Translations under genes and position numbers: made by a program | The notes under the pieces: model-generated | Database searches by the model: none | What the model was told of the DNA's origin: nothing | Seen by the model: the letters and a program-made list of their open reading frames with translations, nothing else | Source of the DNA: Pseudoalteromonas translucida KMM 520 | GTDB lineage: Bacteria > Pseudomonadota > Gammaproteobacteria > Enterobacterales > Alteromonadaceae | DNA length: 32,000 bases | Reading direction: 5' to 3' | NCBI RefSeq assembly: GCF_001465295.1 | Contig: NZ_CP011034.1 | Coordinates: 960,001-992,000 of the forward strand | In this document: piece after piece, positions 8,662 to 16,865 of the stretch | How positions within the stretch are numbered: position 1 is the first letter of the stretch | Layout of the letters: each line of letters begins with the position of its first letter

Positions 8662-9405
8662 ATGAAACATCAGGATCAAGTTGTGCTAGTAACAGGTGCA
8701 GGGCAAGGCATAGGCCAATCAATAGTAAGTTATTTTGCTGCTGCAGGGGCTAATGTCGCTGCGGTAGATATTAACGCCGACACATTAAATGCCAGCGTTA
8801 ATGAATTAAATGCAAACGTTGCCGGCAACATTGTGGCTATTACTGCCAACATAGCAAAAAGCGACTCAGTACGTGATGCCATTGCCGCTGTAGTGGAAAA
8901 ATTTGGCCGACTCGATGCCATTATTAATGTGGCTGGTGTGGGCTCTATTGATGCGTTTGTTGATACCCCAGATGAGCACTGGGACAAAGTGATTGCAGTT
9001 AACTTAACCGGTACTTTTTTATGTTGTCGTGAGGCGGCGAAAGTTATGCAAGCCCAAGGATCGGGTTGCATCATTAATGTTTCCAGCACGGCGGCATTAA
9101 CCGGCGAAGGCCCAAGTCATTATTGTGCATCAAAAGCCGGTGTTATGGGGCTTACGCGTAGTATGGCACGCGAACTAGCGCCAGTAGGTATTCGGGTAAA
9201 TACCATAGTACCAGGGCCAACCAATACACCAATGATGGCCGATATTCCAGAGGAGTGGACGCAACAAATGATCGCGGCTATTCCATTAGCGCGCATGGGC
9301 GAAGGTGAAGACATTGCCAAAGTAGCGAGCTTTTTAGCGTGTGATGATTCTGGCTTTATTACCGGCCAAAATATAGCAGTAAATGGCGGCATGGCCTTTA
9401 TCTAG
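8662..9405 (+). CDS. Short-chain dehydrogenase/reductase (FabG-like)
   Basis: Start ATG 8662 is preceded by an AAGGGGA RBS and gives a protein beginning MKHQDQVVLVTGAGQGIG. It has NVAG and S...YCASK catalytic motifs. The 37-codon N-terminal extension in the ORF track (from 8551) has no RBS and overlaps the promoter region. Confidence 0.85.
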   Translation: MKHQDQVVLVTGAGQGIGQSIVSYFAAAGANVAAVDINADTLNASVNELNANVAGNIVAITANIAKSDSVRDAIAAVVEKFGRLDAIINVAGVGSIDAFVDTPDEHWDKVIAVNLTGTFLCCREAAKVMQAQGSGCIINVSSTAALTGEGPSHYCASKAGVMGLTRSMARELAPVGIRVNTIVPGPTNTPMMADIPEEWTQQMIAAIPLARMGEGEDIAKVASFLACDDSGFITGQNIAVNGGMAFI

Positions 9406-9413
9406 GAGTGAAT

Positions 9414-10049
9414 ATGAGTGATTTAAGTTCAAGCCTTGAACAACGAATTGACCGCTTAGAGTCTATAGAGTCAATTCGTCAGCTCGCGGGTAAATACTCG
9501 TTGTCATTAGATATGCGTGACATTGACGCACATGTAGGCTTATTTGCTCCCGATGTACGTGTCGGGGGGGGGAAAAGCGGCCGAGCTCATTTAAAAGCCT
9601 GGGTTGACTCAACCCTGCGCGATCAATTTACTGGCACGTCGCATCATTTAGGGCAGCACATTATTGAGTTTGTTGATGAGAACAACGCCATTGGTGTTGT
9701 GTACTCTAAAAATGAGCATGAAACCGGGCGTGAATGGGTACTGATGCAAATGCTGTACTGGGATGATTACCAACGCATTGATGGGGTGTGGTATTTCCGC
9801 CGCCGTCTGCCATGTTACTGGTATGCCAGCGATATAAATTCAGCGCCAATTGGCGATATGAAAATGCGCTGGCCGGGTCGCGAACCGTACACCGGCACCT
9901 TTCATGATTTATTCCCATCATGGCAGTCGTTTTGGCAGCATCGACCTAACCCCGATGAGTTACCCGAAGTGGCAACTCCTGCACCACTTGAACAGTTTTT
10001 GCGCACCATGCGGGGTGATACCCCAGCACCTAAAATCCGCGTTCGTTGA
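9414..10049 (+). CDS. NTF2/SnoaL-like (SnoaL_4-type) protein with a C-terminal extension of about 75 aa
   Basis: AGGAG RBS at 9404-9408 lies 5 nt before ATG 9414. The N-terminal pattern LEQRIDRLESIESIRQLAGKYSLSLDMRD, followed by beta-rich core segments, is typical of SnoaL_4/NTF2-like proteins. The gene contains a G9 tract at 9564-9572. Confidence 0.7.
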   Translation: MSDLSSSLEQRIDRLESIESIRQLAGKYSLSLDMRDIDAHVGLFAPDVRVGGGKSGRAHLKAWVDSTLRDQFTGTSHHLGQHIIEFVDENNAIGVVYSKNEHETGREWVLMQMLYWDDYQRIDGVWYFRRRLPCYWYASDINSAPIGDMKMRWPGREPYTGTFHDLFPSWQSFWQHRPNPDELPEVATPAPLEQFLRTMRGDTPAPKIRVR

Positions 10050-10069
10050 TTAACACCAAAGGAGATAAT

Positions 10070-11938
10070 ATGTTGGATAATAATAAAATTCCTTATGCTG
10101 GAAGTCTCGACAACGCGCCAGTATCTAGAGCCGCTACACAACAAAAAATGGATAAGCGCGCACTAGCAGTACGCTCGGTTAGTCCGTCGCAAAAGTACAG
10201 CATTGCCGACCGCCTTGAAGCGCAAGCAGCAGCACAAGGCGATGCGCCATTTTTAATTTATCAAGGAAAAAGCTACAGCTACAGTGAAGTAGATGCCCAA
10301 GCAAGTAAATTTGCAAAAGCAATACAGGCACGCGGCTTAATGGAAGGTGATGTGTGCGCGATTGCGATTGAAAATCGCCCGGAGTTTTTCTTTGCGTGGT
10401 TTGGCTTAACCAAGCTGGGCGTAGTGGTCGCTTTTATTAACACCCAAGTACAAGGCAGCGTGCTTGAACATGCAATTAACACCACAGATGCCAATGTCGT
10501 TATTGTTGGTGAAGAATGTGTGCAGCGTTTTATTGAAACACCAGAGCTGGCAAATAAGTCAATTTGGCTAGTAGGCGATGATGAAGTAGTTGATAAACCA
10601 GTGCTTCCTCAGTGGATTGATAGCAGCTTTGATAGCGATGTTGCTGCGCGCAGTGGTACAAGTTGTAAGCAGGCACGTGGCTCAACCGTGGGCGAAACGC
10701 CAACCTTACTTATTTTTACCTCAGGCACGACCGGGTTACCTAAAGCGGCGATTTACAGCCATATGCGTTGGTTAACCTCGGGTGATGTGATGGTTGAAAC
10801 CATTGACGCCACACCAAATGACGTATTCTATTGTTGTTTACCTTTATACCACGGCGCTGCAGCCACCTCAGTGACTTCAACTGCGCTCGCGGCGGGGTCA
10901 AGTATAGTGGTTAGGCGCAAATTTAGTGTTAGACAATTTTGGCCTGATATTCAAACGCATAACATTACAGTTTGCCAATACATAGGTGAGATTTGCCGCT
11001 ACCTGCTTAACTACGCCGAGGCCACGGGAGTTAAGCCAAAAGATCATCAACTGCGCTGCATGTTAGGAGCTGGTTTAACCGAAACCAGTTGGCATCGTTG
11101 GCTTGAGTACTTTGGTCAAATGGACGTGCTAGAAGGGTGGGGCTCTACAGAAGCGAATACTAACTTACTTAACTTAGATAACTATATTGGTTCGTGTGGC
11201 CGAGTGCCGCGCTGGGATCGCACCAATTTTAGATTAGTTAAATTTGATACCGAAACCGAAACTCATGTTAAAGATGCTAACGGGCATTATGTTTTATGCC
11301 AACCCGGCGAAGTAGGGGAAGGGCTGGGAATGATCATTAACATGCCTGATTTTGGTGGTGGCCGTTTTGAGGGCTATACCTCAAAACAAGGTACTGAGCA
11401 GAAAATTTTGCGTGATGTATTTCAGCAAGGTGACGCTTACTGGCGCTCAGGTGATTTACTGCGCTACGATGAAAATGGATACTTTTACTTTGTAGATCGC
11501 ATTGGCGACACCTATCGCTGGAAAAGTGAAAATGTATCTTCGCAAGAAGTGGCCACCGCTTTGGCTGAGTACGATGGCGCCGAGCTGGTTAATATTTATG
11601 GCGTTCAGGTTCCTGAAAATGAAGGTCGAGCAGGTATGGCGGCCATTGTTATGCAACCAGGCAGGCAGTTTGATCCGCATGTGTTTTATGCTTTAACCAT
11701 AGAAAAAGTGCCTAATTACGCTGCCCCTCAGTTTGTAAGGGTAAGCAAAGCCGCCGACATGACATCAACTTATAAACTGCGTAAAGTCGACTTACAAAAA
11801 CAAGGTTATGACCCAGTAGCGTGTAATGAACCAATTTATATACGTAACGATAAGTTAGGCTGTTATCAGCCGTACTGTGAAAATGCGTTGCAAGCAGTAG
11901 GATTTTTACCGTTTTGTAGCAATCAGGAGGAAAAATAA
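10070..11938 (+). CDS. Acyl-CoA synthetase (AMP-forming), FATP/FadD6-like; candidate steroid-acid or bile-acid CoA ligase
   Basis: GGAG RBS at 10061-10064 precedes ATG 10070. It has the AMP-binding signature IFTSGTTGLPKAA, plus YHGAA, GWGSTE and YFYFVDRIGDTYRWKSENVS motifs. The TAATG stop/start overlap with the next gene is at 11936-11940. Confidence 0.85.
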   Translation: MLDNNKIPYAGSLDNAPVSRAATQQKMDKRALAVRSVSPSQKYSIADRLEAQAAAQGDAPFLIYQGKSYSYSEVDAQASKFAKAIQARGLMEGDVCAIAIENRPEFFFAWFGLTKLGVVVAFINTQVQGSVLEHAINTTDANVVIVGEECVQRFIETPELANKSIWLVGDDEVVDKPVLPQWIDSSFDSDVAARSGTSCKQARGSTVGETPTLLIFTSGTTGLPKAAIYSHMRWLTSGDVMVETIDATPNDVFYCCLPLYHGAAATSVTSTALAAGSSIVVRRKFSVRQFWPDIQTHNITVCQYIGEICRYLLNYAEATGVKPKDHQLRCMLGAGLTETSWHRWLEYFGQMDVLEGWGSTEANTNLLNLDNYIGSCGRVPRWDRTNFRLVKFDTETETHVKDANGHYVLCQPGEVGEGLGMIINMPDFGGGRFEGYTSKQGTEQKILRDVFQQGDAYWRSGDLLRYDENGYFYFVDRIGDTYRWKSENVSSQEVATALAEYDGAELVNIYGVQVPENEGRAGMAAIVMQPGRQFDPHVFYALTIEKVPNYAAPQFVRVSKAADMTSTYKLRKVDLQKQGYDPVACNEPIYIRNDKLGCYQPYCENALQAVGFLPFCSNQEEK

Positions 11939-13149
11939 TGGGCTTAGCAGGAAACGCCGCGATTGTTGGTGCGGCGCAATATAAACCAGAAAAATACCAA
12001 ACCGCGCCGCAAATGTTTCATTTAGAACAAGTGGCCGACTTAGCAAATCAAGCATTATTAGATGCAGGGCTACAAAAAAGTGATTTGGATGGGTTGGTTA
12101 TTAATGGCCCACATTTTCACGAGGCTTCAGTATTTGTGCCGGCAATGGCTGCTGAATATTTAGGAATAGAAGTAAACTTTGCCGAAGTAGTTGATTTGGG
12201 TGGCTGTACCGCAGTTGCACAAATTTGGCGTGCAGCGGCCGCGATTGAACTGGGGTTATGCCAAGCGGTACTGTGTGTTATTCCCGCTCGCATGGCACCA
12301 ATGGCGCCAAATGAAGACCCAGCTTGGATGACGCAAGCTATGCGTTATGGCGGTCACAGTACGGCATTTGGCGCGCCAGAAGCTGAGTTTGATTTGCCCT
12401 ATGGTCACATGGGACAAAACACCGGTTATGCAATGATTGCACAGCGTTACGCGGCGCAATATGGGTACGATCAAGCAGCTATGGCTAAAATAGCAGTCGA
12501 TCAGCGCTTTAATGCGCAATACCATAAAGACGCTATTTTTAAAGGCAAAGAGCTAACAATTGCAGAAGTATTAGCTTCTAAAATGGTAGCCGACCCACTG
12601 CATGTACTAGAAATAGTCATGCCGGTATCGGGTGGCGCGGCGGTTATTGTGGCCTCTAAAGAAGTGGCTGCAAGAGCGAAAAAACGCCCTGCATTTATTA
12701 CTGGTTTTGGTGAGCGTTTATCATTTAAATCGCCATCGTATGCGCAAGACATGACAGTGACGCCAGTTGCCGAAGCCGCAAAGCGTGCGTTTACTATGGC
12801 TGGGCTGTCGCCTAAAGATATACATGCAGCACAAATTTATGATTGTTACACCATTACTGTGTTGTTATCACTTGAAGATGCTGGCTTTTGCCCTAAAGGG
12901 GAAGGCATGCGCTTTATTAAAGAGCATAACCTTACCTTTAAAGGCGACTTTCCGATGAACACCCATGGCGGGCAACTTAGTTTTGGCCAAGCTGCGGCGG
13001 CGGGTGGTTATTCTCAAGTTATTGAGGCTTTCCATCAAATTTCAAACTCTGCCGATCAACGTCAGCTAAAAAGGTGTGACAATGTATTTGTTAGTGGCAC
13101 CGGTGGCGTGATGAGTGAGCAGGGCGCATTGATATTACAAGGAGGCTAG
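11938..13149 (+). CDS. Thiolase-fold protein (Ltp/SCP-x-like), candidate partner of the downstream DUF35 domain
   Basis: 403-aa ORF with AGGAGG RBS at 11925-11930. It shows thiolase-like architecture with a C-terminal MNTHGGQLSFGQ motif. It is a paralog of 1..849. Confidence 0.85.
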   Translation: MGLAGNAAIVGAAQYKPEKYQTAPQMFHLEQVADLANQALLDAGLQKSDLDGLVINGPHFHEASVFVPAMAAEYLGIEVNFAEVVDLGGCTAVAQIWRAAAAIELGLCQAVLCVIPARMAPMAPNEDPAWMTQAMRYGGHSTAFGAPEAEFDLPYGHMGQNTGYAMIAQRYAAQYGYDQAAMAKIAVDQRFNAQYHKDAIFKGKELTIAEVLASKMVADPLHVLEIVMPVSGGAAVIVASKEVAARAKKRPAFITGFGERLSFKSPSYAQDMTVTPVAEAAKRAFTMAGLSPKDIHAAQIYDCYTITVLLSLEDAGFCPKGEGMRFIKEHNLTFKGDFPMNTHGGQLSFGQAAAAGGYSQVIEAFHQISNSADQRQLKRCDNVFVSGTGGVMSEQGALILQGG

Positions 13150-13150
13150 T

Positions 13151-14086
13151 ATGGCAACGTTAAAACCTATGCCAGTCGCAACAAAAATTTCTGCACCATT
13201 TTGGCAGGCGTTAAAAGAAAACCAGTTAAAAATTCAGCAATGTAAGCAGTGTGAAGGGTGGGTGTTTTTTCCACGTAATCATTGTAGTCATTGTTTAGCG
13301 CATGAGCTGCAGTGGCAGCAAGTGAGCGGTGAGGGCACCTTATATTCATACACCCTTACACGTATTCCAACTATGCCAGAGTTTAGTGACGAAATGCCGC
13401 AAGCATTAGCTGTGGTCGAACTAGCTCAAGGCGTTCGTATCAATACCACGTTAATAGATGTGGCAGAGCAAGACATTAAAATAGGCATGCCTGTTAAAGC
13501 GGTGTTTGATAAAGTGAGTAGTGATGGCGATACCTTGCTACGTTTTACCTCTATTAATAATGCCGGTGGGGTGCGTGAATATACCAATCCGCTCAATGGG
13601 CTTGAACGCAACGACAAAGGGCAAGTACAAGTACCGCTAAGTAACCTTGCTGCGCTTTATGCACTGGCCGATAATAAATATACCGACTGGAGTAACGTGG
13701 TTGTTGTTGATCAAGACCTGATTAACGCCTTTGCCGATTTATCGGGGGATGATTACTGGTTGCATACCGATCCTGAGCGCGCAAAAACAGATAGCCCGTT
13801 TAAAACCACCATTGCCCATGGCTCGTTAGTACAAGTGCTGCAGTCGCGTTTAACGATTGCACTGCCATTTGAAATTATCGGCTTTAATAATATGGTTAAC
13901 TATGGCTCAAACCGTTTGCGCTTTCCTGCGCCAGTGCCTGCGGGCGCAACTATTTATGGCCGTAGTAAGGTAAAAGACATTAGCGTGTCGCACAAAGGGG
14001 TGCAATTAACCCTAGAAATGAACATCCATGTGGTTGGTAATGATAAACCAAGTGTGATCAACGATTTGGTGATCCTGTACCGCTAA
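13151..14086 (+). CDS. Fusion protein: N-terminal DUF35 (zinc ribbon plus OB fold) and C-terminal MaoC-like (R)-hydratase hot-dog domain
   Basis: GGAGG RBS at 13141-13145. The zinc ribbon reads CKQCEGWVFFPRNHCSHC and is followed by an OB-fold region. The C-terminal hydratase-2-like motif is LSGDDYWLHTDPERAKTDSPFKTTIAHG. A strong terminator follows. Confidence 0.8.
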   Translation: MATLKPMPVATKISAPFWQALKENQLKIQQCKQCEGWVFFPRNHCSHCLAHELQWQQVSGEGTLYSYTLTRIPTMPEFSDEMPQALAVVELAQGVRINTTLIDVAEQDIKIGMPVKAVFDKVSSDGDTLLRFTSINNAGGVREYTNPLNGLERNDKGQVQVPLSNLAALYALADNKYTDWSNVVVVDQDLINAFADLSGDDYWLHTDPERAKTDSPFKTTIAHGSLVQVLQSRLTIALPFEIIGFNNMVNYGSNRLRFPAPVPAGATIYGRSKVKDISVSHKGVQLTLEMNIHVVGNDKPSVINDLVILYR

Positions 14087-14114
14087 ACACAGTAAATAAT
14101 TTGGTAAATATAAA

Positions 14115-14157
14115 GCCGCTGAGCAACTTTATTGCTCAGCGGCTTTTTGTTTTTTTA
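14115..14157 (+). terminator. Rho-independent terminator ending the SDR-to-DUF35/MaoC operon
   Basis: A perfect 12-bp stem, GCCGCTGAGCAA (14115-14126) with TTGCTCAGCGGC (14132-14143), closes a 5-nt loop. It is followed by TTTTTGTTTTTTT. Confidence 0.9.
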
Positions 14158-14204
14158 GTTTTAAGTTTATGACTCTTAATGCTTTTTTTTCGTTTTTTTG
14201 GTTA

Positions 14205-14220
14205 GTCTCAATGGACGATG
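14205..14220 (+). promoter_or_regulatory. Putative operator/activator site, copy 3 (GTCTCAATGGACGATG)
   Basis: It lies 58 nt upstream of the dioxygenase ATG and is preceded by a T-rich tract. The 21-nt stretch 14200-14220 is 18/21 identical to 8533-8553. Confidence 0.5.
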
Positions 14221-14278
14221 AAGCATTAGTAATTTGCCCTAATAATGAACCTAATCACAATTTTGTAAGAGAGGGTTC

Positions 14279-15169
14279 ATGGATATTCGCGCATTAGGTT
14301 ATTTCGTAGCACAGACTGACGCTCCACACGAGTGGCAACACTACGCAGAGCAAGTATTAGGGATGATGACGGCGCCAACTGACGATGGTGGATTCTACAT
14401 CAAAATGGATGAGCGCCCATACCGCATGTTGGTTATACCCGGCGCAGACAAACGCTATTTTGCCTCTGGTTGGGAACTAACAGGTGCGAAAGCTTACAAC
14501 AATGCTAAACAAACATTACTTGATAAAGGCATTGCCTTTGAAGAGGCTAATAAAGCCTTATGTGAGCAGCGCCGCGTACAAAATATACTCATAGTTAATG
14601 ACCCCGCGGGTAATCGCCACGAACTTTATTGGGGTCATGTTTCAGACTGCCAACCGTTTACTTCTCCTCAAGGTGTACCCGCTTTTATTACCGGCGATAT
14701 GGGCCTGGGCCACACCGTATTACCTGCGCCAAATTTTGATGAAACCTTTGCGTTTTTAACCGACGTATTAGGGTTTGAATTATCAGATTTATTTAACTTT
14801 AAACCCGCACCAGAGGCCGATCCAATTCGCATTTACTTTATGCATTGTGGTAACGCACGTCACCACAGTTTAGCTATTTGTGAATTTCCGGTACCAAGCG
14901 GTTGCGTGCATGCCATGGTCGAAGTTGAAAACATGACAGAAGTAGGCCGCGCTCACGACAGACAACAACAACATCAAGTACAGCTGTCGGCCACTTTAGG
15001 TCAGCATCTTAATGACAAAATGACCTCATTTTATATGAAAACACCATCAGGCTTCGATTTAGAGTATGGCTTTGGTGGTCTGCAAGTTGAAAACTGGGAA
15101 GAGCATTGTGCTTTTGAATTTAGCCGAGTGAGCCTGTGGGGCCACGATTTCTCAGTAGGAGAAAAATAA
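14279..15169 (+). CDS. Type I two-domain extradiol dioxygenase (HsaC/TesB/BphC-like; catecholic seco-steroid ring cleavage)
   Basis: 296-aa ORF beginning MDIRALGYF. The spacing of putative metal ligands matches BphC-type enzymes: GLGHTVL, ARHHSLAI and FDLEYGFGG. The TAATG overlap with the next gene is at 15167-15171. Confidence 0.85.
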   Translation: MDIRALGYFVAQTDAPHEWQHYAEQVLGMMTAPTDDGGFYIKMDERPYRMLVIPGADKRYFASGWELTGAKAYNNAKQTLLDKGIAFEEANKALCEQRRVQNILIVNDPAGNRHELYWGHVSDCQPFTSPQGVPAFITGDMGLGHTVLPAPNFDETFAFLTDVLGFELSDLFNFKPAPEADPIRIYFMHCGNARHHSLAICEFPVPSGCVHAMVEVENMTEVGRAHDRQQQHQVQLSATLGQHLNDKMTSFYMKTPSGFDLEYGFGGLQVENWEEHCAFEFSRVSLWGHDFSVGEK

Positions 15170-16044
15170 TGAATAAAGTAAAAACAACAGCGCAAATGGT
15201 GGCTGAACTAAGTGATGGCATGACAATTGGCATTGGTGGTTGGGGCCCGCGCCGTAAACCTATGGCACTTATTCGCGAAATTATAAAGTCGGATCTTAAA
15301 GATCTTACGATTGTGGCGTATGGCGGCGCCGATGTGGGTATGTTATGCGCAGCTGGCAAAGTAAAAAAATTAATCTTTGCGTTTGTATCGCTAGACTTTA
15401 TTCCACTAGAACCTTTTTTTCGTAAAGCTCGCGAGCAAGGCGAGCTTGAGCTAATGGAAATTGACGAAGGTATGTTGTTACTTGGCCTTCGTGCTGCGGC
15501 GTGGGGCTGTCCTTACATTCCAACTCAAGTTGGTTTAGGTACAGATGTACTTACACATAACCCAGATATTCAAGTGATTGATAGCCCCTATGACGATAAA
15601 GAATGGGTGGCAATGCCAGCGCTTAAACTCGACGCTGCACTGGTACATGTTGATCATGCTGATGAGCGTGGTGTGTGCCAGATTTCAGGTCCAGATCATT
15701 ACCTAGACGATTGGTTTGTACGCGCAGCAAATAAAAGCTATGTCACCTGCGACAAGCTGGTTAGCAGCGATCATTTTTATGATCGCACAGCGGCAGATAA
15801 AGTATTTTGGGAGCGCAGCTTAACAACAGCCGTAAGTGAAGTACCTGGTGGCGCGCATCCAAGCAGTTGTCCGCCATTTTACGGCATTGATAATAAACAT
15901 TTGCTGCAATATAACAAATACGCAAAAGAAGGCGGCTTTAGTGCTTACTTTGATGAATTTATTAACAATAAATCAGAGCAAGAGTATCAAGCTAAATTAG
16001 GCGGCATCGATGCGATCCGTCAAATCCCTAACACAAGTTACTAA
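15169..16044 (+). CDS. CoA-transferase-fold subunit A (IpdA/ScdL1-like)
   Basis: Start ATG 15169 gives MNKVKTTAQMVAELSDGMTIGIGGWGPRRKP, a diverged class I CoA-transferase alpha signature. The ORF track's upstream extension overlaps the dioxygenase gene. Confidence 0.8.
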   Translation: MNKVKTTAQMVAELSDGMTIGIGGWGPRRKPMALIREIIKSDLKDLTIVAYGGADVGMLCAAGKVKKLIFAFVSLDFIPLEPFFRKAREQGELELMEIDEGMLLLGLRAAAWGCPYIPTQVGLGTDVLTHNPDIQVIDSPYDDKEWVAMPALKLDAALVHVDHADERGVCQISGPDHYLDDWFVRAANKSYVTCDKLVSSDHFYDRTAADKVFWERSLTTAVSEVPGGAHPSSCPPFYGIDNKHLLQYNKYAKEGGFSAYFDEFINNKSEQEYQAKLGGIDAIRQIPNTSY

Positions 16045-16058
16045 GGCAGGACATTAAA

Positions 16059-16865
16059 ATGACAGCAACTCAATACAGCTTGGCAGAATTAATGATTTGT
16101 GCCGCAGCAACCGCATTTGATAACGATGGTGAAGTGCTTGCCACCGGCATTGGGGTTATTCCGCGTTTAGCGGCGAGTATTTCTATGAGTACTAACAACC
16201 CAGATTTAATGATGACAGACTCAGAAGCCTACTTACTGAGTGAGCCAAATCCGATTGGCGCACGTGGCGATGATTTTGTACAGCGTAACGAAACATGGAT
16301 GGGCTTTTCACGCATTTTTGACAATGTGTGGAGCCGTAAACGCCACGCCATGATAGGGCCAACGCAAATTGATAAGTACGGGCAAAGTAATATTTCAGCC
16401 CTAGGGGGCGACTACGACAAACCTAAAATACAAATGTTAGGTGTACGTGGTTTACCGGGTAACTCAATTAGCCATGCTAACTCGTTTTTTGTGCCAAGCC
16501 ACAGTAAACGCGTATTTGTAGAGCAAGAATGTGATGTGGTGTGCTCAATTGGTTACAACCCAGCACGTTTGCCAAAAGGTTATCAGCTATCGGATGTCGA
16601 TATTCGTTTAGTGATCACCGATATTTGTGTGATGGATTGGCAAGGTCCAGAGCATCAATTGCGTTTAGTGAGCGTTCACCCTGGTGTGACTGTACAAGAA
16701 GTAATTGAAAAAACAGGCTTTGAAATTCACGTTGAGGCAAACACCCCAACCACACCAGCACCTACAGCTGAGCAGTTAGCGTTAATTGCTAAATTGGATC
16801 CGCACAATATTAGAGCTAAACAGCTAAAAGACAACCCACCGGGTGTACGCCCAGAGGAGTCGTAA
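16059..16865 (+). CDS. CoA-transferase-fold subunit B (IpdB/ScdL2-like), lacking the canonical SENG catalytic motif
   Basis: 268-aa ORF immediately after subunit A. It shows class I CoT beta-like architecture, but no SENG string occurs anywhere in the protein. The TAATG overlap with the next gene is at 16863-16867. Confidence 0.8.
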   Translation: MTATQYSLAELMICAAATAFDNDGEVLATGIGVIPRLAASISMSTNNPDLMMTDSEAYLLSEPNPIGARGDDFVQRNETWMGFSRIFDNVWSRKRHAMIGPTQIDKYGQSNISALGGDYDKPKIQMLGVRGLPGNSISHANSFFVPSHSKRVFVEQECDVVCSIGYNPARLPKGYQLSDVDIRLVITDICVMDWQGPEHQLRLVSVHPGVTVQEVIEKTGFEIHVEANTPTTPAPTAEQLALIAKLDPHNIRAKQLKDNPPGVRPEES

